Part shown: in pieces, positions 14,970 to 24,681 of the stretch
Layout: every line of letters begins with the position of its first letter
Position numbering within the stretch: the stretch's first letter is position 1
Source of the DNA: an uncultured Candidatus Saccharibacteria bacterium
Lineage (GTDB): Bacteria; Patescibacteriota; Minisyncoccia; UBA6257; UBA9933
Length of the DNA: 36,905 nt
Reading direction: 5' to 3'
Assembly (NCBI GenBank): GCA_964651905.1
Contig: CAZYZO010000001.1
Coordinates: 1-36,905, forward strand
Position numbers and translations under genes: made by a program
The notes under the pieces: model-generated
What the model was told of the DNA's origin: nothing
The model's database searches: none
What the model saw: the letters and a program-made list of their open reading frames with translations, nothing else

Positions 14970-15605
14970 TTAAATCTTTGGGACACTCAATTTTACATTA
15001 CTGATAATTTTTTCTATATTAGGGAAAAATCGGCTAAAAATTTTATCTATCTTCTGTATTTTGTCTTCTTCTGGTAATTTCTGCATCATAGCTAATTCAG
15101 GAAATATTTTTGATAAAATTAAGTCAACTAATCTTTCTTTTTGCCAGTGACCTATCTTGAATTTAACAATGAACGGTTCGATTGAAAGATGTATCAATTC
15201 ATGAATAATAGTTTTAATAATATTCTTATCTTTGCTAATGCCAATATTAATAACAATATTATTGGGGCAACGATAGCTACCGCCAACGCCATACTTAGTC
15301 AAAAATACGAAATAGATTTTCTGCGGGTTCAAAGACATCTCTAATAAAGATTTTGATAACCTCTCATCTACATTACTCCATTCATTTCTTATTTTTAAAA
15401 TAATTCCTTCATAATCTTCCTTTTTAAACTCTTTGGCTATATTTTTCCGTACATATTCTTCAGTTGTCGTTTCCTTATTTTTTAAAGACACGTTTGCGGG
15501 TAAAACAATTTTATAATTATTCTTTCTAAACCACTCTATATCTTTTAGAGTGTTTAAAACACGCTGAACCTCAAAATCAAATGAATATTTTATTTCTATC
15601 TCCAT
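14970..15605 (-). CDS. hypothetical protein with HExxH motif
   Basis: 211-aa ORF with IIHELIHLS. This is the third HExxH protein of unknown family in the window. Confidence 0.6.
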   Translation of the reverse strand: MEIEIKYSFDFEVQRVLNTLKDIEWFRKNNYKIVLPANVSLKNKETTTEEYVRKNIAKEFKKEDYEGIILKIRNEWSNVDERLSKSLLEMSLNPQKIYFVFLTKYGVGGSYRCPNNIVINIGISKDKNIIKTIIHELIHLSIEPFIVKFKIGHWQKERLVDLILSKIFPELAMMQKLPEEDKIQKIDKIFSRFFPNIEKIISNVKLSVPKI

Positions 15606-15719
15606 AATTTTATTTTGATAAAATAACGCAAACCGGATTTTTTGGTTTCTTCTTTTGCATATAGAAATTATACTATTAAAATCAGAAAAGGTATCTGCCT
15701 CTGAATTCTCTAAGCGTTA

Positions 15720-16310
15720 TTACCTCCGAGCAATTCCCTGAATAATGTGCCAGAATTTTACTTCGCCGGTTGCTCCTGCCTTTTTCCGTTTTTCTTCTGA
15801 TATCTCAATAAAATCCATCTTCTTTAATAAATTTTTTAATTCTTCTATCGTCCAAAAGGACATTTCTTGGCGAGTTTTTGCCCAATCGTCTTCTGGACCA
15901 AAAACTGAAAAGACAAAAATTCCATCTTTAGTTAGACCTTCCTGGATTTTTAACAAAAGTTTAGAAGATTTTTTCTTGTTTAGAAAAGGTAAACTATTCC
16001 AAGCAATAATCAATTGATAATTATCTGGGGCGATGTTGTAGTCGGCGACATCTTCTTTAATAACTGCAACAGGCAAGCTATTACATAGCTTTTTAGCTTG
16101 ATTAATACTTGCTTCATCTAAATCAACTGCCTCTACCTGAAATCCATTTTCCGCTAAATATTTAGCGTCAACACCAGCGCCACAACCAAGATCTAAGGAT
16201 CTACCTTTTGAAGTTCCTAATATTTTTACTGCTTCTACTAAAAAACCAACGGGTTGACGTTTTTGAGTTGCTTTAACAAATTTATTCCACTCCCAATCTG
16301 ACATATACAA
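15720..16310 (-). CDS. class I SAM-dependent methyltransferase
   Basis: Motif I LDLGCGAGVDAKYLAENG, followed by VEAVDLD. About 195 aa, a TehB-like size. Confidence 0.85.
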   Translation of the reverse strand: MYMSDWEWNKFVKATQKRQPVGFLVEAVKILGTSKGRSLDLGCGAGVDAKYLAENGFQVEAVDLDEASINQAKKLCNSLPVAVIKEDVADYNIAPDNYQLIIAWNSLPFLNKKKSSKLLLKIQEGLTKDGIFVFSVFGPEDDWAKTRQEMSFWTIEELKNLLKKMDFIEISEEKRKKAGATGEVKFWHIIQGIARR

Positions 16311-16330
16311 ATAATAACAATTTCTTTAAA

Positions 16331-16368
16331 AATAAAAAGGCGATCAGACAAATTAAGCTTGATCGCCT
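16331..16368 (-). terminator. rho-independent terminator after the small peptide ORF
   Basis: The minus strand reads AGGCGATCA-13 nt-TGATCGCCT followed by TTTTTATTTTT. Confidence 0.65.
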
Positions 16369-16382
16369 CTTACTGGAACTAA

Positions 16383-16576
16383 CTAATCGCTTTCTGGACA
16401 AGCGCTACAATCCATTCCGCCGTTTTCTTGACTACCTGCTTGATCAGATGTGCAACCGGTGCTATGAGAGTGTTCTTCGACATTACTGGCTCCTAGAATG
16501 CCTTGGACACTGTAGCGGGCTAGATACTTTACCTCTTGAGTCCAAAAGTTGAACTCATTTAACTGACTTTTTTCAT
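16383..16576 (-). CDS. candidate Cys-containing small peptide ORF, readable only with a -1 shift / extra A in an A6 run
   Basis: AAGGAGGTGATAAAA-ATG at 16576. Frame 0 gives MKKVS*. Shifting by -1 in ATGAAAAAAG gives MKKSQLNEFNFWTQEVKYLARYSVQGILGASNVEEHSHSTGCTSDQAGSQENGGMDCSACPESD* (64 aa) ending at 16383. The ORF track missed it. Confidence 0.35.
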
Positions 16577-16627
16577 TTTTATCACCTCCTTTCTTGATTA
16601 AGTTTTTCAGAGAACAATTCGGTTAAA

Positions 16628-17155
16628 TTACTTATGTTCTTCAATCTTGCAACTGGTTTTGCTAGACTTTATTTTTGGAACGAAAAGTAATTTAGCTGAA
16701 ATTTTGTTTTTGGTCATGTTTATTTCATAAACCGAACCTGGTGGACAATGCCAGTATTCAATATCTTTTAATGGCCTCTCAGAAATTTTATTAAGCAAAA
16801 CCCTCAATGGATCTCTGTGGGTAATATATAATCGGTATGGCTTGCTACTTCTTAACACATATGACATTCGACGGGCTATATCAATGGTATGTTCCCCTAC
16901 TTCCCATTCGTTCAAATATTCTTTAATCACTATAGCTTTATCGTTATTAATGATTTTTTTTATTATTGAAGCGGTCTCGATACATCTTTCCATCGGAGAC
17001 GAAAATATGAAGTCTATATTGTAGTCACTTAAAAACCTTCCAGTTGATTCAGCTTCCTTCTGGCCTTCCCTGTTTAAATTAAAACCCGGCAATCTTCTGT
17101 ATGTAATCTTATTTGGATTGTGAACTGTAGCGTGCCTGCAGATTAAAATACGCAT
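16628..17155 (-). CDS. histidine phosphatase family protein (phosphoglycerate mutase-like)
   Basis: MRILICRHATVHN (RHG-type motif with Ala) and a later ITHRDPLRVL. I prefer the ATG at 17155. Confidence 0.75.
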   Translation of the reverse strand: MRILICRHATVHNPNKITYRRLPGFNLNREGQKEAESTGRFLSDYNIDFIFSSPMERCIETASIIKKIINNDKAIVIKEYLNEWEVGEHTIDIARRMSYVLRSSKPYRLYITHRDPLRVLLNKISERPLKDIEYWHCPPGSVYEINMTKNKISAKLLFVPKIKSSKTSCKIEEHK

Positions 17156-17248
17156 ATTATTAATATAAATAATATAACATTCATGGATAGTCAATAACCT
17201 TATTTTTTGGTTTTGATATATTAAGTCTTGCTTTGTTATACTTTAATC

Positions 17249-18130
17249 ATGTCGGGAACAAAACAATCGCCGATTATTAATATTCTAAAAACTATCCTCC
17301 CAGCCGTAGTTTTGATTGAGCCAGAAAAAGCCCATAAAGAGAGCGTTCCAAACGAAACTCCTAAGATTGAAGAGGGCTCTGGTTTTATTATTTCATCGGA
17401 TGGTTTAATTCTAACTAATCGTCATAATATTTTAGATAAAACTAAAAAATATTTTGCAGTTGCTCACGACAACAAAAAATATCCGCTTAAGATTCTTTCC
17501 AGAAATGAAACCAATGATGTGGCAATTTTAAAAATCGCCGGACAGGAAATTTACCCATTTCTCATCTTAGGAGATTCTTTAAAGCTGGAATTAGGCGAAG
17601 AAGTTTTTGCGATTGGCAACGCTTTAGGATTTAAAGACACTGTTTCTCAAGGAATTGTTTCTGGTCTGGCGAGAAAAATTGATGATAAAATGGAAAATTT
17701 AATTCAGACCGATGCGGCAATTAATCCCGGCAATTCCGGCGGGCCGTTGATAAACGCCAAAGGCGAAGTAATCGGAATAAATTCCATAATGATGACCGAG
17801 GCGGAAAATATCGGCTTTGCCATCCCCATCAACGAAGCTAAAAAAGATTTGGAAGACATTAAAAAATTCGGCCGAATCCGCAGACCATTTTTGGGATTCA
17901 ATTATATTGACCATAAAAAAGGCGCTTTAGTCATTGAAATTAAAGATTTCTTAAAAAACGATTTAAAAGAAAACGATATTATTTTGGAATGCAATAATCA
18001 AAAAATAACCGAAGATTTCCAGCTTGAAGATTGCTTAAAAATCCTGCAAGTCGGTCAAACCGCCAAATTAAAAATTCTCCGCAAAAAAGAAATAAAAGAA
18101 ATTGAAATTTTAGTGAAAGAAAAGATTTAA
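17249..18130 (+). CDS. trypsin-like serine protease with C-terminal PDZ-like region (HtrA/DegP family)
   Basis: LILTNRHNI (His), NDVAILKI (Asp), GNSGGPLIN (Ser). ATG at 17249. Confidence 0.85.
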   Translation: MSGTKQSPIINILKTILPAVVLIEPEKAHKESVPNETPKIEEGSGFIISSDGLILTNRHNILDKTKKYFAVAHDNKKYPLKILSRNETNDVAILKIAGQEIYPFLILGDSLKLELGEEVFAIGNALGFKDTVSQGIVSGLARKIDDKMENLIQTDAAINPGNSGGPLINAKGEVIGINSIMMTEAENIGFAIPINEAKKDLEDIKKFGRIRRPFLGFNYIDHKKGALVIEIKDFLKNDLKENDIILECNNQKITEDFQLEDCLKILQVGQTAKLKILRKKEIKEIEILVKEKI

Positions 18131-20526
18131 GAAACAACGATATTAATCAACCTGTCTTTGACGAAAATTATCTTTTTTATTTTCTGATTGCCGATTAATT
18201 TTTTAACTCTTTCTTCGGCTAAAACCAGTTTTTCAGCTTCTTTTTGAGAAAAGCCTCTCTTGGCCGATATTTTATGGCGGAGTTTTCCGTTAATCTGAAT
18301 AATAAGTTCAAAGTTTTCTTCTTTAATAAGTTTTGAATCGTATTTCGGCCAGACTTCTTTAAAGATAGAATTTTTATAACCGAGTTTATTCCATAATTCT
18401 TCGGAAATATGCGGAGCAAAAGGAGCAAGAATTTTTAAAAAATTATCCCAAACCGGTAAAGGAATAGTTCCAATTTCCGAACATTGATTAACAAAAATCA
18501 TCAAACTGGAAATCGCAGTGTTAAACCCCATTGATTCAATGTCTTCGCCAACTTTTTTAATGGTTTTATGAAGCAACCTTTCCAGTTTTTCGTTTTTCGC
18601 CTTTTTGTCAATTTTGGCTGTCTGGCTGATATTCCAAATTTTATTTAAAAATCTGGAAGTGCCTTCAATGCCATGCGGGTCCCAAGCAATCGCTTGATTA
18701 AACGGCCCTATAAACATAATGTAAAGTCTGAGAATATCGGCTCCGAATTCCTTCATTAAATCGTCAGGATTAACAACATTGCCTCTTGATTTAGACATTT
18801 TTTCTCCGCCTTCGCCTAAAATCATCCCTTGAGAAGTTCGTCTTTTATAGGGTTCCGAAACCGGCACAACGCCGATGTCATACAAAAATTTATTCCAAAA
18901 ACGCGAATAAAGTAAATGAAGAGTAGTGTGTTCCATCCCGCCGTTATACCAATCAACTGGCATCCAATATTTTAATTTTTTAAAATCAGCCAGAGATTTT
19001 TTATTTTTCGGGTCAGCGTATCTCAAAAAATACCAGCTGGAACCAGCCCAATTTGGCATCGTATCAGTTTCTCTTTTCGCCAGACCGCCGCATTTTGGAC
19101 ATTTTGTATTTACCCACTCGGCAATAGAAGACAAAGGAGATTCACCGGTATCAGTCGGCTTGTAATTTTTTATATCAGGGAGTTTAACCGGCAAATCTTT
19201 TTCCGGCACCGCTACCCAATTGCATTTTTCACAAAAAACCAGCGGAATCGGTTCACCCCAATAATGCTGCCTTGAAAAAATCCAGTCGTGGAGTTTATAA
19301 TTTGTTGTTTTTTTAGCGCCGATTTTTTTAATAATCTCTTCTCCAGCTCTCTTATTATTTTTTCCATTAAATTCTTCGGAATTCATCATTATTCCTTCAC
19401 CAATATAAGGTAAGTAATCAACATAATCGGTTTGCCCGGATTTAATAACTTGAATAATTTCCAAATTAAATTTTTTAGCGAAATCAAAATCTCGTTCATC
19501 GTGCGCCGGCACCGCCATAATCGCGCCGGTTCCATAAGAACTTAAAACATAATCCGCCACAAAAATCGGAATTTCTTTTTCATTAACCGGATTTATCGCT
19601 TTTATTCCTTTTAATTCAACTCCAGTTTTAATCTTTTCTTCGGTTCTCTGAATTTCGGATTTATTTTTCGCTTCTTTTATATACTCTTCAACTTCTTTAA
19701 AATTTGAGATTTGAGATTTGAGATTTGAGATTAATGGATGTTCTGGCGATAAAACCATATAAGTACAGCCAAAAAGAGTGTCCGGCCGAGTTGTAAAAAT
19801 TTCAATTTGAGATTTGGAATTTGAAATTTGGAATTTTATGCTTGCTCCTTCGCTTTTTCCTATCCAATTCGCCTGCTGAATTTTTATTTTTTCCAAGTAA
19901 TCAACTTTATCTAAGTCTCCCAGCAATCTATCAGCGTATTTGGTAATTTTTAAAAGCCACTGTTCTTTTTCCCGTTTTCCCACCGATGCTCCGCAACGTT
20001 CGCAAGCGCCGGCAACTACTTCTTCGTTAGCTAAACCGATTTTACACGACGGGCACCAATTTATTGGCATTTTCTTTTTATAAGCCAAACCGTGTTTAAA
20101 AAGCTGCAAAAATATCCACTGCGTCCATTTATAATATTCCGGGTCAGAAGTATTTATTTCTCTATTCCAATCAAAAGAAAGCCCTAAAGATTTAAGCTGG
20201 CGTTGAAAAACTTTGGTGTTTTTCTGGGTGATAATTTTCGGGTGGATGCCGGTTTTAATCGCGTAATTTTCCGTTGGTAAACCAAAGGCATCCCAGCCAA
20301 TCGGATACAAAACATCATAGCCTTCCATTCGGCGCTTGCGAGCAACAACATCCAAGGCTGTATAGGTTCTAACATGACCCATATGAATACCCTCGCCCGA
20401 AGGATAAGGAAATTCTATCAGACAATAATATTTCGGTTTTTTGGAAAAATCCTCGGCTTGATAAATTCTTTTTTTCTCCCAGGTATTTTGCCACCTTTTC
20501 TCAATTTTCTGAGGATTATATTTCAT
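18127..20526 (-). CDS. leuS: leucine--tRNA ligase
   Basis: 799 aa. PYPSGEGIHMGHVRTY (HIGH), FTTRPDTLFG editing motif, KMSKSRGN (KMSKS). Confidence 0.97.
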   Translation of the reverse strand: MKYNPQKIEKRWQNTWEKKRIYQAEDFSKKPKYYCLIEFPYPSGEGIHMGHVRTYTALDVVARKRRMEGYDVLYPIGWDAFGLPTENYAIKTGIHPKIITQKNTKVFQRQLKSLGLSFDWNREINTSDPEYYKWTQWIFLQLFKHGLAYKKKMPINWCPSCKIGLANEEVVAGACERCGASVGKREKEQWLLKITKYADRLLGDLDKVDYLEKIKIQQANWIGKSEGASIKFQISNSKSQIEIFTTRPDTLFGCTYMVLSPEHPLISNLKSQISNFKEVEEYIKEAKNKSEIQRTEEKIKTGVELKGIKAINPVNEKEIPIFVADYVLSSYGTGAIMAVPAHDERDFDFAKKFNLEIIQVIKSGQTDYVDYLPYIGEGIMMNSEEFNGKNNKRAGEEIIKKIGAKKTTNYKLHDWIFSRQHYWGEPIPLVFCEKCNWVAVPEKDLPVKLPDIKNYKPTDTGESPLSSIAEWVNTKCPKCGGLAKRETDTMPNWAGSSWYFLRYADPKNKKSLADFKKLKYWMPVDWYNGGMEHTTLHLLYSRFWNKFLYDIGVVPVSEPYKRRTSQGMILGEGGEKMSKSRGNVVNPDDLMKEFGADILRLYIMFIGPFNQAIAWDPHGIEGTSRFLNKIWNISQTAKIDKKAKNEKLERLLHKTIKKVGEDIESMGFNTAISSLMIFVNQCSEIGTIPLPVWDNFLKILAPFAPHISEELWNKLGYKNSIFKEVWPKYDSKLIKEENFELIIQINGKLRHKISAKRGFSQKEAEKLVLAEERVKKLIGNQKIKKIIFVKDRLINIVVS

Positions 20527-20586
20527 AAAATTAAGTTTATTGCTTTTTTTGATTTTTGTAAATCGATTTAATAATATCTGTCTTTT

Positions 20587-20616
20587 AAAAAAATCCCGAT
20601 TTAAATCGGGATTTTT
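20587..20616. terminator. bidirectional rho-independent terminator (ends the SBP-HK-RR operon)
   Basis: AAAAAAATCCCGATTTAAATCGGGATTTTT, a perfect palindrome flanked by an A-run and a T-run. Confidence 0.7.
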
Positions 20617-20713
20617 ATTTTATTAAGTTTTTATATTGCACAAAAGAGGATTTAAGAAAGAAGAATTTTAAATCTAATAGACAGAGAGGCAAAATATGAC
20701 ACCAAAAATAAAA

Positions 20714-21127
20714 TTAAAGCGTAAGGTATTGCCTCACTTTATCTACTAATTCCGTAAGCGGAATTCCTTTTTTAATAAAATCCAATGCGCCTATTTCTTT
20801 AGCCGCTTTTACGTCAACTTCCGGTTTGGCAGGATCGCTAAATGCCGTTAAAAAAACTATTTTCGAATTTGCGGTTTCCGGATTTTCTCTGATTTTTATT
20901 GCCGCCTCAACGCCATCCATCACCGGCATCTTTACATCTATAAGTATAAGAGAGGGATGTTTTTGCTTTGCTGTCTCAATGGCTTCAGCGCCATTTGCAG
21001 CCGTAATCACCTGAAAGCCCGCCTGTACGAGCGCTGTCTGGTAAAGAGTAAGAATATCCGGCTCATCATCAACAAGAAGAATAAGTGCTTGGTCGGTCAT
21101 ATAATTTATTATATCATAATTATTCAA
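20714..21127 (-). CDS. stand-alone response regulator receiver protein
   Basis: LILLVDDEPD, LILIDVKMPVMDG. No output domain. Confidence 0.85.
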   Translation of the reverse strand: MNNYDIINYMTDQALILLVDDEPDILTLYQTALVQAGFQVITAANGAEAIETAKQKHPSLILIDVKMPVMDGVEAAIKIRENPETANSKIVFLTAFSDPAKPEVDVKAAKEIGALDFIKKGIPLTELVDKVRQYLTL

Positions 21128-21138
21128 TAATCGACCTT

Positions 21139-23037
21139 TTATTTATTCGCTTTAGGAAGAGCTATAACAAAAATACTGCCGACTCCCGGCTTGCTTTCCT
21201 TAAGACTAACTGTACCACCCATTGATTCGGCCAGCAACCTGCTGATATAAAGCCCCATGCCGCTGCCGTATTCTTTACTATGCATAAAACGACCTCTTAC
21301 CGTTTGGAACTTCTGAAAGAGTGATTTTTGATCAGCCGGTTTAATCCCGATGCCAGTGTCTTTGACTGACAGTTCTACAAACTCATTTTTTTCTTCAAAT
21401 GATAAAGTAATTCCGCCTTTTTCCGTGTATTGTATTGCATTCATCAAAATATTTATAATGATTTCTTTTGTTCGTTCCCGATCAGCCAGAATCTCAGGTA
21501 ACGGCTTATGTGGCGAAGAAATTTTAAGAAACAAAGATTTCTCCGTGGCTTTTCCCTGAAAATCAGTAACAACTTCATGCACAAGATCCGTGAGATTAAA
21601 TTGTTCATTTTTAAACCGCATCCTAGATTCCTCAAGAGCAGTAAGATCAAGAAAATCATCAACAATTCCCAAAAGTCGTACGCTACTGCGCTGGATGGCG
21701 TCAATCATCATTTTTAGCTGTGCCTCAGAAAATTTCTTGGGAACTAATTCCAAAAGAAGTTCGGCATTTCCTCTGATAACGCTCAATGGCGTCCTTAATT
21801 CATGAGCGGTAATCGCCACAAAGGAACTTTTAGCTTCTTCAAGCTTTTTTTGCTCGGTAATATCCTCCATAATAACTACTGCGCCGATAAAAATTTTTTC
21901 AGTAATATTCCATACCGGTGACATAAATAATCGGAAATATCTATCTCCAATCATTACCTCTTGAATATTGAGGGGCTTGCTGACCTGAATATAATAACTG
22001 AGGGCCTGGGAGATTTTTATATCTTTTATTTTTTCATTTAAATCCTTAAAAGTGAGAACTTCTGAGAGCGGTTTTCCTAAGATATTTTTAGCCGCCGGAT
22101 TAGCCAGAACAACATTAAGGCTTAAATCAACCATAATTACGCCGAGATTTACACTTTTCACCAAAGAAGATAATTTTCCATGTTCTTCTGAAAGTTGCTT
22201 GGTTCTTTCTTTAACTTTAATATCCACTTTTTCTTTTTCTTTCTGAATAGTCTCGACTTTTTCTCTTAGCTTTTTAACCATTACATCGAAAGAGTTGGAT
22301 AGACTTCCTATTTCATCTTTTCTATTTAAAAGTTCTTCTTGAACATTTATTTTCAAGTTTCCTTTTGAAATATCTTTTGCTAATTTAGAAAGATTAACCA
22401 GAGGGTTACTTATTTCATTTGAAAAAACAAAGGCTAAAATAATACAACCTAAAGTTATCAAGACAATCAAAGTTAAGCTAAAAATCCAACTTAAGTTTTC
22501 TAAAGATTGAAGTTCTTGTTGCTGTTCCTTTGAAAAACTAAGTTCTGTCAAAATAAGATCTGTTGTATCTTCCATTATTTTTTCCTTCCCGCGATTTATT
22601 TGTTCAAGAATCTCAGAACTTTGACTGAAATCTCTTTTACGAGTACTCTCAATACCTTTCTCGCAGTATTCTTTTAGAAATCCTATTGTATTTTGCACTC
22701 TCTCGTAAAAAATTCTGCTCTTCTCAAAAGTGATAATTTTGTCCAATTGAAAGAAAATACCATCAATTTCTTTACCTTTGGCGGTATATTCGGAAAGAAG
22801 TTGTTTATTTTCTATGTTCTGTAATAAAGAAAGATAAAGAGAGACCAGATTATCAACAGTTTCCGTAATTCTATATTCAAGAATCATACTCTCTATGGTC
22901 TTTTTATATTGAGTTTCTATATTATAATGTAGAACTATAAAAATGATAGTTGAGATAAGAAGTGAAGCGATAAGCACAATAAAAGAGAGCAACAAACGTC
23001 TCTTGATATTCGCCATAATAGTCCCAAAATTACTCAT
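21139..23037 (-). CDS. membrane sensor histidine kinase (extracytoplasmic domain-HAMP-PAS-HisKA-HATPase)
   Basis: Two TM segments (residues about 15-37 and about 185-205), a HAMP-like linker, ITAHELRTPL H-box, and DTGIGI / GSGMGLYISR ATP-binding motifs. Confidence 0.9.
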   Translation of the reverse strand: MSNFGTIMANIKRRLLLSFIVLIASLLISTIIFIVLHYNIETQYKKTIESMILEYRITETVDNLVSLYLSLLQNIENKQLLSEYTAKGKEIDGIFFQLDKIITFEKSRIFYERVQNTIGFLKEYCEKGIESTRKRDFSQSSEILEQINRGKEKIMEDTTDLILTELSFSKEQQQELQSLENLSWIFSLTLIVLITLGCIILAFVFSNEISNPLVNLSKLAKDISKGNLKINVQEELLNRKDEIGSLSNSFDVMVKKLREKVETIQKEKEKVDIKVKERTKQLSEEHGKLSSLVKSVNLGVIMVDLSLNVVLANPAAKNILGKPLSEVLTFKDLNEKIKDIKISQALSYYIQVSKPLNIQEVMIGDRYFRLFMSPVWNITEKIFIGAVVIMEDITEQKKLEEAKSSFVAITAHELRTPLSVIRGNAELLLELVPKKFSEAQLKMMIDAIQRSSVRLLGIVDDFLDLTALEESRMRFKNEQFNLTDLVHEVVTDFQGKATEKSLFLKISSPHKPLPEILADRERTKEIIINILMNAIQYTEKGGITLSFEEKNEFVELSVKDTGIGIKPADQKSLFQKFQTVRGRFMHSKEYGSGMGLYISRLLAESMGGTVSLKESKPGVGSIFVIALPKANK

Positions 23038-23084
23038 ATTTACTATGGTATCATAGGGCTATACAATTGTATGTCCTTACCATA

Positions 23085-24422
23085 TTATTTTATGGACCAC
23101 ATCATTCTAAAGTCGTTTTGTGTTTCTTTCGTGTAGTCAGTTAGAGCTTCTGCTGTTTTATTAGTATCTTTATCTCTAACAAAATTCGCCATTATGTCAT
23201 TCAATTTATCTCTGAATTCGTAAGGTAAGGCACTTCCAGTATCTATGACTAATCTAGCTTTTTGGAAGTAAGAAATAGCAGATTTCTGATAATTATCGTA
23301 GAGGCTTATATCAACGTCTTTCCTTGGAGTAATAGAGCCTTTTTTGGAGTTAAACGCGTCCTGGCCTAGTCTTGAACCAACAACCTTAAGCCAATTATCG
23401 GCGCTAGTCGGATGGGAAACACCTTTTGGTTCAACAAATCCATCTACCACAAGCATATGCAAGCCATCAGTCTCAGGCACCGAGATGGTTCCATAATCTT
23501 CGTTATATTTCATTCCAACAAGCCTGAATTCTCCATTAGCCCAGTCTCCCATTATATTAAATGCGCTTTCTCCTTTTATTATCCTGTTTATTGCATCGTT
23601 CCACTCAACAGCAGCACTGTCAGGATTAACGTAATCAAGATACTTTTTGAAAATACCCAATACTTCCATTAGCTTTGGGTCATCCGCTGAGGTAATTCTT
23701 CCGTTTATATAATCTTCATAGTATTTCACTCCTCCTCTTCCAAGCAATATGTTATTGAAGACGAAAGATGCTGTCCAGGCTCTGCCCATCTGAATAGGAT
23801 ATTTTATTCCTTCTTTTCTTAGTTTCTCGCACGCTTTAAATAAAGAATCCCAATCTGTTAAAGAATTTGGATCAATCTGGTATTTATCCAGAAGAGCCTT
23901 GTTATACCAAATAAGATTGTTTCTATGTATGTCCAGTGGAATTACATAATAATGGTCATCTATCTTACTGGCTTCTTGTACCGCCATAGGTATAATATCT
24001 GCAAGTTTTTCAGATTCCCATATATAATCAAGTGATTCTAAAAGGCCTTCTTTTACATAAGGATATATCTCATATCCCGGGTGGGCCACAAAACTATCTG
24101 GAGCTTCTCCAACTAAAATCATAGGTTTAATCTTGGCTATCATTTCCATTCCGCCTCCTCCTAAAACATAAGATGCCATTATAGCTGTATCAGGATATTT
24201 CTTCACAAACACGTCAATTAATGAATTTATTGCGGCAAGTTCTCCTGTAGATTGCCACCAATGATAAAAAACAAGCGCATTTACTTCTTTTCTATTCTCT
24301 AAACCAGTGCCTTCTTTAACTTCTGGAGATAAGGTTTGAAACCTATAAACTATAAAGCCGATGCCAGCAATTAATATTACAATAACCACAATTATCATTC
24401 CGATTAATATTTTTTTATTCAT
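23085..24422 (-). CDS. extracellular solute-binding protein (ABC family 1, sugar-type), membrane-anchored
   Basis: 445 aa. N-terminal TM/signal anchor and typical SBP_bac_1 length and motifs (FYHWW..., PDSFVAHPG, WYNK). No permease or ATPase gene is adjacent. Confidence 0.75.
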   Translation of the reverse strand: MNKKILIGMIIVVIVILIAGIGFIVYRFQTLSPEVKEGTGLENRKEVNALVFYHWWQSTGELAAINSLIDVFVKKYPDTAIMASYVLGGGGMEMIAKIKPMILVGEAPDSFVAHPGYEIYPYVKEGLLESLDYIWESEKLADIIPMAVQEASKIDDHYYVIPLDIHRNNLIWYNKALLDKYQIDPNSLTDWDSLFKACEKLRKEGIKYPIQMGRAWTASFVFNNILLGRGGVKYYEDYINGRITSADDPKLMEVLGIFKKYLDYVNPDSAAVEWNDAINRIIKGESAFNIMGDWANGEFRLVGMKYNEDYGTISVPETDGLHMLVVDGFVEPKGVSHPTSADNWLKVVGSRLGQDAFNSKKGSITPRKDVDISLYDNYQKSAISYFQKARLVIDTGSALPYEFRDKLNDIMANFVRDKDTNKTAEALTDYTKETQNDFRMMWSIK

Positions 24423-24593
24423 ACATATTAATTAGATTTATATGTTTTATTCGACCTTATTATTATAACACGACTATTTATATTTACTACTGAAATAAAT
24501 TTTAAAATAAGCGATAATATAATGCAATGGTAATCTTAAAAAGCCGCACCGCACGGCAAAATTTCGCTGAAAAGAAGTTAACGATTACCTGTG

Positions 24594-24677
24594 TGCCCAG
24601 GAGAGGATTTGAACCTCCAAGCCCTTGCGGGCGCTACCACCTCAAGGTAGTGCGTCTGCCAGTTTCGCCACCTGGGC
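24594..24677 (-). tRNA. tRNA-Leu (anticodon GAG), class II
   Basis: GCCCAGG acceptor, anticodon arm CTACC-TTGAGGT-GGTAG, long variable arm, T-arm GGAGGTTCAAATCCTCT, CCTGGGC + A. Confidence 0.9.
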
Positions 24678-24681
24678 AGTT

